From NCBI GenBank assembly GCA_951406725.2, contig OX597830.1, positions 8,308,001-8,372,000 of the forward strand: a stretch of 64,000 nucleotides of DNA, in the 5' to 3' direction. A program made the translations under genes and the position numbers. The notes below the pieces were generated by a model that did not search any database, was not told the DNA's origin, and saw only the letters and a list, made by a program, of their open reading frames with translations. Below, in pieces: positions 52,011 through 64,000 of the stretch; the stretch's first letter is position 1, and each line of letters begins with the position of its first letter. This DNA is from Octopus vulgaris. Taxonomy: Eukaryota.

Positions 52011-52054
52011 ACACAACATTTCGGCTGATATACCCTCCAGCCTTCATCAGGTGT
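52011..52054 (-). ncRNA. Minimal type-I hammerhead motif with canonical core, in a Penelope-like repeat (about 51950-52110)
   Basis: Minus strand reads acac-CTGATGA-A-GGCTG-gagggtatat-CAGCC-GAAA-tg-T-T-gtgt. Loop III TG is probably a CpG-decayed CG (palindrome AACGTT). Confidence 0.7.
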
Positions 52055-52124
52055 CTTGGGGAAATTTCGAACCTGGGTTCTCATTTCTAAGGTATTTTTC
52101 AATGTTACTATCATTATTATTGAG

Positions 52125-52677
52125 CAAGAGAGCAGTGCATGCCATCAAAGTGATACTGGGGTACAAATATACAAAGTCCAATATACCCATCATGACTACC
52201 TGTCTGATAAGGGTACACTAGGCACATGCATCACAACCATATGTACGCAACATGGTGATCTCATATCAAGATAAACAGCGCATGACCTTCCAGGTGGGGC
52301 ACAGTTAGTATTTTCTTCTGATCGAGTAACCCATCCCACTCAAAAGGTCCCTTAATAAGGGTTGTTTAAGGATGTTGAACAAAACACCAATGTTTCCAGA
52401 GGTGAATTATTCAAACCCCAAAGGATCCCTCTCAACACATGGCTATGATGCTCCCCCACTACTTCAGCTCGTGATCAGAGATGCACATATCGTAAGCCAC
52501 TAAGGGACATGCTCAAATGGTTACGGTCAAACAACTGACAAGCAAATCAGTGGTATTGAGCAGAATATTTGCTGTAGCCGATCTTTTAATACCAAGACAA
52601 AACAATGTACATGATAACACTTCCAATCAGTTAAGATCAGAAGCCACGAGAGCCACTGCCTGGTACTGCATGAGGGC

Positions 52678-52726
<49 letters not shown>
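52125..52726. mobile_element. Unclassified interspersed element ending in (ATT)n
   Basis: A complex block of about 560 bp bounded by ATT microsatellites, with a retroposon-like tail and no intact ORF. Only one copy is in this window. Confidence 0.35.
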
Positions 52727-52730
<4 letters not shown>

Positions 52731-53321
52731 TAAAGAAATATTCTCCATGACTAGACATTATTTTCACAGAAAACTGGAAATGAAGGTCATTTTATTTGGA
52801 AGGATGAAAGGCAAAGTTGACCTCACAAAGATTTACAATCAGAATATAAGAAGTCAAGAAATATGCCAGACAAGATATTAGAAAGAAATTAAGATGGATG
52901 GACACAGCATCCAATTTATAGAAGTTATGTAATGAAAACAGAGAACCAAGTCAATTATTTGGTGTCTGGACAGAAAATATTGGCTGAAAATGATTGATAA
53001 TGCAATACATAGGAATTTATTAATCTTCTTTGTGTTTTGAAAACAGTCAGAAAATGAGGGACAGTGCTCATGAGGTTTCTGGGCCAACCCAGGCTGGAGA
53101 GGTCAGTTGGTTGCTCTCTCATTTTTTACTTGTTTCAGTCATTGGATGGTGGCCATGCTGGGGCACTGCTTTGAAGGGTTTAAGCTAAACCAGTCAACCC
53201 TAGTACTTCTCTTTAAGTCTTTTGGCCTGCTAAATTATGGGGATGTAAACAAACCAACACCAGCCATCAAGTAGGACCAGGAAACAAACACAAAGACACA
53301 CATACATATGTACATATATAA

Positions 53322-53355
<34 letters not shown>

Positions 53356-56300
53356 TCTGTGTGTAGTGACAACTGGTGTTGGTTTATTTACATCCCCATG
53401 ATTCAGTAGGCCAGAAGACTTCAAAATAAGTCACACACACACACACACTTCTCCTCAATTCATTCATAAGGTATTGCTAGGAGCTAAGGTAGAAGACACT
53501 TGCCCAAGGTGCTGCGTGGTGGAACTGAACTCAAAACCACTTGGTTGCAAAGCAAGCTTCTTAATCACACAAGCATCACCATCAAAATAACACTGATTTT
53601 GTTTTAATTAATTTTTAGAATAATGAAATACACACTAAAATATCTTTCCTATTATTATTATAATTATTATAATTATTAATCTGATGTTTTGAACATAAAT
53701 TAAAACGACATTTTATTGGTGCATTTTAATTGAAATCACTCCAAAACAATAAGTTTGTGTCATATAGCCAGGGATGGTCACAGGTGGGTTGGTATCAAAT
53801 GGGTTAATGTAGTTGATGTCTAGTGGGAATATTTGTTTTTAATGCAAAATCTGTAGGAAAAATATGGGCAGATAGCTGGTGGTGGTGGTTCTTGTGGGGG
53901 TGAATTTCAGGGGGTTGCAAGTTTGAAGAAGAAGGGCTGTGTAAATTGTATTTAGAGAGATCAAGGATAATTGAACAGATATTGTTATCAAAGACAAGCA
54001 ATAAAGATAGGAAGTGCTTCCTGATCAAAGTCTTAGTCCCAACAGACAATAATGGATCTCTAAAGAAATGAAGAAACTATAAAAAAAATTAAAGATCTGA
54101 AAATAGTGGTAACTCAGATGAAGGGGTTAAAAGTAAACAGTTGCTTTGGGAATGATTAAAATAAAAGGGACCAAATACATAACAAAAATTCCATGAGTTC
54201 ATCTTTTTAATGTCCCCTTTTCCATTTCTGCACGGGTCCAATGGAGCTGTATTAAAACAGTTTTTCTACAGCTGAATGCTTTTCCTGTCATCAACCCTCA
54301 CCTGTTTCCAAGTAAGATATTATTTCCCCAAGGCCAGTCATGTTTCCACAGACTATTGGAAATTGTATGATGGTGATGCTTGTTTACAATTATCATATGT
54401 AACACACACACACACACACAATGCAATTCTTTCAGTTTCCATCTACCAAATCCTCTCACAAGGTTTTGGTTGACCTGATGCTATAGTAGAAGACACTTGC
54501 CCAAGGTGTCTCTCAGTGGGACTGAACCCAGAATTATGTGGTTGGGAAACAAACTTCTTAACCATACAGTCGTGCCAACCAAAATGCATAACAAAAAGGA
54601 AATACTGGCACTGTACAAAAGATTACTCAGAGTACCATTCTATAGAATACGAAACTCAAAAACACAGCAGTTACCCAGGGTACATACAGACAGGCAGAAT
54701 CATCAGTATTAAAGAAAAACATCCTGGAAATATTTCTTCCAGCTCTCTAGACGTTCAGAGTTCAAATACTGCCAAAGCTAACTTTGCCTTTTATCCTTCT
54801 AAGATCAAAAAAATAAAATACCAGTGAAGTACGAGGGTCAACAGTATGAATTAATCCCACCCTCATAAAATTGCTGGCCTCATCCCTAAATTAGAAAACA
54901 CTACAAGGGTGCTTGGTTAGCAGAATTGTTAGACCATTGGGAAAAAAAATGATTTGTGGTATTTTGTTCCAGCTCTTTATGTTCCAAGTTCAAATTCTGC
55001 CAAAGTCAACTTTGCCTTCCATTCTTTTGGGGTCAATAAAATAAGAGTCTGTGTAACCAGCGAACCCGTTTTCTTCCATATTGCTGACCTTGTTTCTAAG
55101 TTTGGAACCCAAAGGCAGTGACCAAGCAGAATCATTAGCATATCAGACAAAATGCCTTGCGGTCTTACCTCCAGCTCTTTACATTTTGGTTTCAAATCCC
55201 AGCAAGGTCAACTTAGCATTTTATCCTTTCAAAGGTCAATAAAATAAAGTACCAGTCAAGTACTGGGGTTGATGGTGTCAACGAACTCCTCCCCTCAAAA
55301 TCGCAGGTGTTGTGCCAAAATCAGAAATCATTATAAGGCAGCAAGCTGGCAGAACCAGACTAAATGCTTAGTTGCCTTTCATCCAACTTCGTGTGCTAAG
55401 TTCAAATTCCGCCAAGGCTGACATCACTTTCCATCCTTTCGGATTGATAAAAGGTGCCATGCTAACTGTTCTTTTCAGCTTATTCATATTCATATTCTAA
55501 GACCAAATTTAAAACAGTTTTAAAATTTATAATCTAGAAATTCTTAAGAATTTCAAAGCAGCTCTTTGAAGAATTTATAAGAATTAAGTGAAACAGCAAT
55601 GGCAGCACATCAAAATATTTGAGTTGAAGAATTAGTTGAGAAGAAAACAGAGAAGATGATGATGATGATGATGATGATGTCATCAGATTGTGTTTAAGGT
55701 AATGTCTGTAGATTCTTACAGACGAAGGCCAAGTGTCACCCACTCAACAATGCAACACAGATAAAAACAGTAAGATATACATACATGATATATATATATA
55801 TACATACATGATATATACAAACATTCATGATATATACATACATATATATATATATATATACACGCATGCATATATATATGTATATATATATATATATATA
55901 TACACACGCATGCATATATATATATATATATCCTTGAAGTCTTCTACTTGAAATACATCGTAACAGTTCAATGGTTCCGATTATAAATCCTGATCAAGTA
56001 GTCATGTGACCTGCGGGTGGAGTGCAAAATGTGCAGTGTAGGAATACAGAGACAGAAGGAAATGGATGGGGGTGGTGGTGATGAGGGGGTAGAGAGAGAA
56101 GTGACAAAGGAGGGAGGGGAGGGGAGGGGCAGATAATGTGAAAATGTACACAACTTGACAACACTTGATACATACTTCTCACACATACACACACACACAA
56201 AACTATAATCTATGTCAATAAATTCTCATAGATAAATAACCATTGCTTATAATCAAGTGACAGTGGCGGTGGGGGTGATGGTGGTGGTGGTGGTTTGTGA

Positions 56301-56820
56301 TGAGAGCAGCAATGAGATTGAAGCATGAAGTGGTCTTGTCTGCACATGTTAAGGTCAGTTCAACAGATGTGAGAAGGTGGGGAAGTGCAACGGAAGGAAG
56401 TTCTGAAACCCTGTTCCCACGAGAAAATTTCAAGACAACACTACAAACAATGCAAAGCACTGGTCATTTATACTGTGCTCCCACTCCTTATAGCATTTTT
56501 TTCGTTCGTTTTAAGTTTCCGTTCAGATATCCGATCTCTCCATGCTAGCATTGGTTAAATGAATATGCTATTGAGGCATTGTTCTGCAACCGGATGCCTT
56601 TCCCCTTGCTAACACTAGCCTGTAAGGGATCTCTTGGTCTATACAACTTAGAAGGGGCAAAGAGAGCAGACAGTTTGTTGACAACAACACCATCACCACT
56701 GCATATAAGCTGTAACTTTCCTAGAAGCAAGTGCAAATGTAGGCAAACACAGACGCTCACGTGTGCATGCACATGCAGAGATACCTGCGTATCTATCTAT
56801 CTCTCTATCTATCTATATCT

Positions 56821-56870
<50 letters not shown>

Positions 56871-58979
56871 GTAGGTAGGTAGGTAGGTAGGTAGGTAGAC
56901 AGATAGGTAGACAGATAGATAGACATATAGGTAGGTAGATATACTCTTTTACTCTTTACTCTTTTACTTGTTTCAGTCATTTGACTGCGGCCATGCTGGA
57001 GCACCGCCTTTAATCGAGCAAATCGACCCCGGGACTTATTCTTTGTAAGCCCAGTACTTATTCTATCGGTCTCTTTTGCCGAACCGCTAAGTGACAGGGA
57101 CGTAAACACACCAGCATTTAATAGCCACACAGGGCTGCACACAGACAGGACAGATTACAAGGTAGAGCTTTTCTTTTGGGGATAAAAAAAAAAGGGGTTT
57201 GGTTTTTGATCAAAAGGAAAGAAAGAGGACAAAAAAGGGGGTGGGATAAAAAATAAAAGGAAAAGGAAAAAAAAATCGATCAATAGGGATCGTTATCACG
57301 GAAATGTCAATATAAAGTGTAAAGGGGAGGACAGGTGAGGTTTACCCGTGGAAAGAAAAGCCTATGGAAAAGACCACAGTAACCTCAGTCAATGAAGTCA
57401 CATGTTATATTTTTTTACAAATAAACAACTCTCTGTATTAATTTTTACGGTTCATAGGATCATAGTCAAGGTGGCTTCGTCATTCATATAGGTAGGTAGA
57501 TAGGTAGGTAGATAGATAGATAGATACTTTGTTTGTGGGTGAACAAAGCAACCAATGGTTTCATTTGAAATGGTATTCACAATTGTTCGTTTGTGCCACA
57601 TGAAAGTGTTCTACACGTCTCCATTTTGGATCACTGTTTGATATTAGCATGTAAGTATATATAACCATGATGTTCTGGTGATCTGATGAGCTAGCTTTCT
57701 TTATTTGCATTAATTTGTGAATATACACTTGTACTGTATAATGCCAAGCAAACATATTAATGCAAACATGACTGTATAATTTCTTGCATACTGATATCAA
57801 TGCCACATAAAAAAGGTTGTGAAACGACCATAAGCCAATGGAACTTACATCATTAAATAGAAATGTATTCATGCCTCATACCTCCTGACTTTATGTTCTA
57901 TATATATGCCATCATCATCATCGTTTAACGTTCGTCTTCCATGCATGCATGGGTAGGACAATTGATAGGAGCCAGCCAGGTTGAAATCTATCCTAGGCTA
58001 CTGTGTCTGTTTTGGCAGGGCTTTTGCAGCTGGAGGCTCTTCTTGACACCAACCACTCTGCAGGTTGGACTTAGTACTTTAACCTGGCATCAGCACAGGT
58101 GAGGTTACTTTTTGGCATGATTTTTACAGCTGGATGCCCTTCCAAATGCCAACCACTTTTCAGTATATATCGTATAAATCGTCCAACCCATGCCAGCATA
58201 GAAAGAGACATTAAATACTGATGATAATAATAATGATTTCACCAGGCGTAGGGTAGAACTCAACATGTTTGTGCTTTAGAGTAAAGTATCAGGTGAGTAC
58301 AGAGAATATTATTGATTAATGTAGGACAAAAGAACAGAAGTTATCTAATCACTTCCATTGACTTACAGTTGTTTCTGCTATAACTAAGCATGTACCTAGA
58401 GCTGAGTGTCTTGCTTCTCATAGTTGAAATAGCTGCAAGCTAATAAAAGTAATTACATAATGATTGTCCATTTGTCGATGATTTAACTGATTTGTGTTAG
58501 AAAGGGCACCCAGCTGTAGAAACTATGCAAAATGTGGCAAACGGAACTTGGCGCAGTCTTCAGACTTGCCAGCTCTTATCAAACTCTCCAGCACTCACAT
58601 GTTTCCAATAGTCCTTCAAGTATGAACAGCACATTGGCTGGCTGCAATTTCACAGAAGACTGCAGATGAACAACACCTCCTGTATGATGGTGAGATTCAT
58701 TTACAACACCAGTGCACAAGATGTCAGATTACCCTCATGATGCGAAAAAGTGAACAGAAGAGAGCAAAGGGGCAGAATGCTAGGCACGAGTGTGAGTGTG
58801 CATCCCTGTGCACGTATGTATTGATTTTAACCAACAAGATAAAACGTACTCAATACCAGTGTGTAGTAAATTATTTTACCTGACCCAGGAGCTTGTTACT
58901 CTGAAGTCTCCCCAGTGATGACAGTTCCTTAAACTGGATCAACCAACTAGATACTGTATGGAGATATTTAGATATTTAC

Positions 58980-59288
58980 AGTGGTGCCAGTGGCACGTAA
59001 AAAGCACCATCCAAATGTGGCCGATGCCAGCGCCACCTTGACTGGCTTCTGTGCCAGTGGCACGTAAAAAGCACCAACCAATCGCGGCCACTGCCAGCCT
59101 CCCCTGGCACGTAAAAAGCACCCACTACACTCACGGAGTGGTTGGCGTTAGGAAGGGCATCCAGCTATAGAAACACTGCCAGATCAGACTGGAGCCTGGT
59201 TCAGCCTCCTGGCTTCCCAGACCCTGGTCGAACTGTCCAACCCATGCTAGCACAGAAAACTGACGTTAAACGATGATGATGATGATGA
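58980..59288 (+). mobile_element. RTE-related 3' UTR fragment (representative; others at about 33701-34030, 26590-26960, 24335-24520 and 8690-8785, all minus)
   Basis: Tandem tggcacgtaaaaagcacc units, ggttggcgttaggaagggcatccagct and the tail aacccatgctagca...gacgttaaacgatgatgat, all shared with the RTE copy at 49745. Confidence 0.7.
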
Positions 59289-60710
59289 TATGACATATAC
59301 AAGGTCAGTGATACAGTTACAGTGCTACAGCACCCCGTCTGCAATGATAACAAGGATTCCAGCGGATCTAATCAGTCGGAAAAGCTTACATATGAAATTA
59401 ACATGCAAATTAACATCCACAGACCTGCACATCCTTACTGCAGTTCTCAGGGAGATTCAGGCTGACACAGAGTGTGACAAAGCCGGCCCTTTGAAATACA
59501 GGTGAAACTAATTTTCGCCAGCTGAGTGAACTGGAACAATGTGAAATAAGGTTTCTTGCTCAAGGACACAACGCACCACTGGGAATTGAACTCACAACCT
59601 TACTATCATGAGCCAAATACCCTAACCAGTAAGCCACATGAACTACAGCATGGCTGTTATATACCTCATGTATGTCCATCTTTACAGTGATACATTGACT
59701 GTACATCAAGCATTGCTGTGCATATATCAACAGTACGTACACAGTCACAGTGATATTAAAACTGTACGTACATCATTGCTATTATGTATCTACTATATGT
59801 ATGATAGTATATGTATAATAGTATATGTATATAGGTGTAGGCATGGCTTGCTTTCCAACCGCATGGCTCTGGGTTCAATCCCACTGTGGTACCTCGAGTA
59901 AGTGTTTTATAGTACAGCCTTGGGCTGACCAAAGTGGATTTCATAGGTGAAAACTGGAAGAAGACTGTCATACATTCTTTTTTCTTCTCTTTTTTACTTG
60001 CTTCAGTTATTTGACGGTGGAGCACAACCTTTAGTCAAGCAAATCAAACCCAGGACTTATTCTTTGTAAGCCTAGTACTTATTCTATTGGTCATTTTTGC
60101 TGAAGTTATGAAGACGTAAACACACCAGCATTGGTTGTCAAGTGATGTTGGGGAGAGGGGAACATACACACAAACAGACACACACACACACATACATACA
60201 TATATATTATGTGTATATATACATATAAGATGGTCTTCTTTCAGTTTCCATCTACCAAATCCTCTCACAAGGTTTTGGTCAGCCCGAGGCTATAGTAGAA
60301 GACACTTGCCCAAGGTGCCACGCAGTGGGACTGAACCCGGAACCATGTGGTTGGTAAGCAAGCTACTTACCACACACTCATGCCTATTACATATACATGT
60401 GTGTGTGTGTGTGTGTACCCTACCACTGTGTGACAACCAATGTTGGTGTACTTACATCCCCATAACTTAGTGGTTTAGCAAAACTCACCAATACAGTAAG
60501 TACCAGACTGAATAAATAAATAAATAAATAAATAAGCACTAAGGTTATTCACTCGACTAAAAATTCTACAAGGCAGTGCTCCAGCATGGCCACAGTCTAA
60601 TTACTGAAACAAGAAAAAGAAAGCTAAAAGTAAAAGATACTGCACGCATATGATTGATCAAAGTGATAGACCTACAGCAGAGACAGCATTGCTGTCATAT
60701 ATATACATAT

Positions 60711-60765
<55 letters not shown>

Positions 60766-60766
<1 letters not shown>

Positions 60767-61153
60767 TAGCAGTATATAGCCCGGCGTTGCTCGGGTTTGT
60801 TTTCTTTTTGACCCTTTAGAATTGGAATTTTTGAAAAGTAAGAATTTTGGATTATGTAGCTTGTTATTCTCTTTAAGTGAACATTTTTCTGGTTGAAATA
60901 GACCGAAAAATGGTGACACAGCAGTCAAAAAATTGTAAAAAGATAGGGATTTTCATAGAAAAAAGCAACTTTTTTATGTAATTAATTTTTGGTGTTAACA
61001 TGGTCCGATTTGAATTTTTTCTTTTACGGAAGGAAGAGCAAGCCTTCTTCTATCATACTCTCAAGTTTGGTCAACTTGCACCGCAGGGTCTCGGAGGAGA
61101 TAATGTTAGTTGAAAGCTACCAAACCTGCCATACACAGACAACTTCATATATA
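60766..61153 (-). mobile_element. Non-autonomous Helitron, second copy of the 44505-44896 family
   Basis: Reverse-complement similarity over about 380 bp. Hairpin cccgagcaacgccggg with CTAG at 60766-60769. Confidence 0.8.
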
Positions 61154-61499
61154 CTGTATGTACGTCGTTGCTATAAGATATCTACTGTGCATATGTGGTC
61201 GAAGTGATATAGCAGTTACACACATCTATATCCGTTCTCTGTAATCATGTTAAAACAACTGATGTTATTGATTAAGCTGGTTTATTGATGTTAAAGCCAC
61301 TGCACATGCTGCTGCTGCTGCTGCTGCTGTTGTCATAGGTATGATGCAGAAACTGCAGGAATTATTGCAACCCCTACTACTAATGCAAAAATATTGCAGC
61401 CGCCACAGCTGCAGAGGTTCAGATATAGGCAGGATGTTGTTGTTGTCGTTGTTGCTATTGCTATTGTTTTTGCTAAACACTGTTAGAAGAGTGACAGTG

Positions 61500-62800
61500 T
61501 AGGCGTTGTTTCAGGTAATGCATCTCTTGTGACTGCAGCCTGTGCTTTAGTAATAACTTGAAGTGCATTCGTTGCACCTAGGTGCACCTGTTGTGACAGC
61601 AATCAGTGTTATAGTAGAAATGCATTTTTGTTGTGACTGCAAATGCATTTTTGTTGTGACTGCAAATGCATTGTCTGTGACTGCAGTCATTGCTTTAGTA
61701 ATAACAGAAAGTGCATCTTATGTGACTGCTGGTGCATCTATTGTGAAAGCAGCCGGTTCTTTATTAATAACTAGAAAGGCATATTTGTTGGGACTGTTGG
61801 TTGATCTGTTGTGACTGCAGACTGTATAATAGTAACTAAAGGTATTGTTATAATGACTACAAGTGCATCTGTTGTGACTATGGGTGGATCTCTTGTGACT
61901 GCAGACTGTATAATAGTAACTAAATGTGTTGTTATTGTGACTACAAGCGCATTTTCTTTAAGTTTATTTAGCTTTCAGTCCAGGAAGGAAGGCAGTACCC
62001 ACAACACTTTGCAGGGCCTGAAAGACTGATAGGGCCATAGGGAGAAAGGAAGGAAGGTACCTTCAAAGTAGAAATATGGCCAAAATACCTACAAAGGAAT
62101 GGATTCTGCTGAAAGTACCCAATGTGCCAGATAGTGATATTATATCAGGTGACAGGATAAGTTTACCTACCCACCAGGTAAGCCATGGTAGAGTTTGAAC
62201 TTAGAACACAAAAAGGAATGACAAATACCACAAGGCACTTAATGCAATGTTCATACAGTTCTGCCAATCTCCCAAAAGTACCTGAAAGGACAACAGATAC
62301 AGTTGACCTTGGCAGGATTTGAACTCAGACTACAGGGACTCAAAGCAAATGCCCCCAAAGTATTGTGTCCCATACTCTAACCACTCTGCTAATTGAGCAC
62401 TGTATCTACAAGTGCATATGCTGTGATTACAGGTGCACCTGTTGTGACTGTGAATAGTTTTGTAATTATAACTAAAGGTGTTTTTGTTGCAATGATACGT
62501 TCTTTTTTTTGACTGCAGACAGTGGTGCAGCAGTTTGCACTTCATTAAAGTTTATGTTGTAACCACTGCAGGTTCACCCATAATCACCACAGGTGTTGCT
62601 GTTGCAATCACATGCAGTACTGGAGTAGTTAGTACATAACTAAAGGTAGCGTTGCAATTACAGGTGTACCTCTGGTGATTAAAAGAGCAGTAGTAGTAGT
62701 AGTAACATTAACTATTCCAATAACAGAAGGTGCAATAGAAGTAACTACATGTGCAACAACAGTGATTACAGGTGCACCAGCACCAATAACTAAAAGGTGC
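61500..62800. repeat. Degenerate 21-bp minisatellite (consensus about gtgcatctgttgtgactgcag), interrupted at about 61960-62400
   Basis: Recurring tgttgtgactgca / gtgcatct / agtaataacta units at about 21-nt spacing. Confidence 0.65.
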
Positions 62801-63337
62801 AGTGGCTGCTGTTTAAAATATTGGCAACAAGCAAGCCAGCAAGTTGGCAGCTAATTCGATGAAAATAGTCGCTCATTAAAAAGTGATGATGTAAAAGTGA
62901 GAGGTGAAATGTGGATTAAAGCTGCAGTTTATCGATGTATTATGATAGAGCGGAGCGTTATAGGCTGCAGTTAGTTAGTCACGCTGCAAATGGATGGTGA
63001 TTGGTGACTCACAACACCTAACGGTTCACTGAGCAATCACTGAACAGTTCAGTTTCGTATAGTGGTGGTGGCGGTGGTAGATGCAGGAGTGCATCAAGTG
63101 TGTTTGAGTATCTTTTTATCTTTTCCTTGCTTCAGTCAATAGACTGCTGCCATGCTGGGCCACCACTTTGAAGAATTTTAGTCGAATGTATCAACCCCAG
63201 TACTTTTTTTACAGCCTGGTATTTATTCTATTAGTCTCTTTAACCAAACTGCTAAGTTACAGGGACATAAACAAATAAACATCAATTGTCAAGTAGTGCT
63301 GGGAGCAAACACAAATACAAAGACATACACACACAAA

Positions 63338-63745
63338 CAAGGGGTTGCTGAAAAGTTCCTGGCTTTAAGGGTATAGCAAAAGGTCTGGTTTGAGGCCCAG
63401 CCTTCTGAGTACTTTGACAAGGCTTACGACTGATAGATCTTGAGTTCTATTCCCGGGTCGAGCGGTGCGTTGTGTTCAGCAAAACACTTCACATTGCTCC
63501 AGTCGCTCAGCTGTGAACGGAAACCCTGCAATGAACAAGCTTTCCGATCACAAGGGGGTGCTGAAAAGTTCCTGGCTTTAAGGATATCGCGAAAGGCCTA
63601 GTTTGAAGCCCAACCTTCCAGCTTAGAAAAACTGAAGGACCGCCTGCAATAAGTGTGTGAATCTGAGAGGGGAATATGTTGGGTAAAATCATAACTAATT
63701 GATCCTCCTATATTTTCTTTGACCCAAAGCAACAAACTTATACAG
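63338..63745 (+). mobile_element. Mariner-derived MITE, partly duplicated and interrupted by a SINE fragment
   Basis: caagggg(t/g)tgctgaaaagttcctggctttaagg occurs at about 63338 and 63551. The second copy carries a mariner-like C-terminus KCVNLRGEYVG*. Confidence 0.55.
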
Positions 63746-64000
63746 GATGTTTTCATGTGTGATTAATAGCAGTATTCTTCCATTTAGTGAAGTCACATGG
63801 CTCAGTGGTTAGAGCATCAAGCTCACAATCATGACATCGAGAGTTTGATTCCTAGACCGGGCTGTGTGTTGTGTTCTTGAGCAAGACACTTTATTTCACG
63901 TTGCTCCAGTTCGCGCAGCTGTAGAAATGAGTTGCGACATCACTGGTGCCAAGCTGTATCAGCACCTTTGCCCTTCCCTTGGATAACATCAGTGGTATAG

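Noticed and set aside
58980-59125. Regularly spaced tggcacgtaaaaagcacc repeats resembling a CRISPR array
   Set aside because: The context is eukaryotic, the spacers resemble each other, there are no cas genes, and the motif is part of the RTE 3' UTR.
63008-63065. Possible upstream GAA exon (YET codons near a gtgag donor)
   Set aside because: There is an in-frame stop before the donor and no similarity to the expected sequence.
95-63692. Most ORFs in the six-frame track (YIYI, THTH, CVCV, LSIY repeats and recurring RRHLPKVP-type peptides)
   Set aside because: They are translations of microsatellites or multi-copy SINEs, with no domain motifs or splice support.

Overview
This is repeat-dense eukaryotic genomic DNA, probably from an octopod cephalopod. 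That assignment is inferred from the SINE/RTE families and microsatellite load and was not checked. The only host gene found is on the minus strand: six internal GT-AG exons (42640-42791, 32559-32727, 17261-17357, 11977-12215, 4389-4520, 2006-2119; 903 nt, 301 codons, phase-compatible) of a GH31 lysosomal alpha-glucosidase (GAA-like). Its N-terminal exon(s) and catalytic-residue exons appear to lie outside the window. The rest is intron, filled with microsatellites, tRNA-derived SINEs, RTE and Tx1-like LINE ends, Tc1/mariner, Tigger and piggyBac-like MITEs, and short Helitrons. Nearly all ORFs in the supplied track are microsatellite or TE artefacts. The most notable unannotated structure is a set of short Penelope-like inserts carrying minimal type-I hammerhead ribozyme motifs. 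The best example is a TSD-flanked palindrome with 131-bp arms (7386-7665) holding two G3-C8 variant hammerheads, one in pre-mRNA sense. Several other long intronic inverted repeats are candidate dsRNA/ADAR substrates. Coordinates were read by eye. Exon boundaries should be exact; repeat boundaries are approximate.
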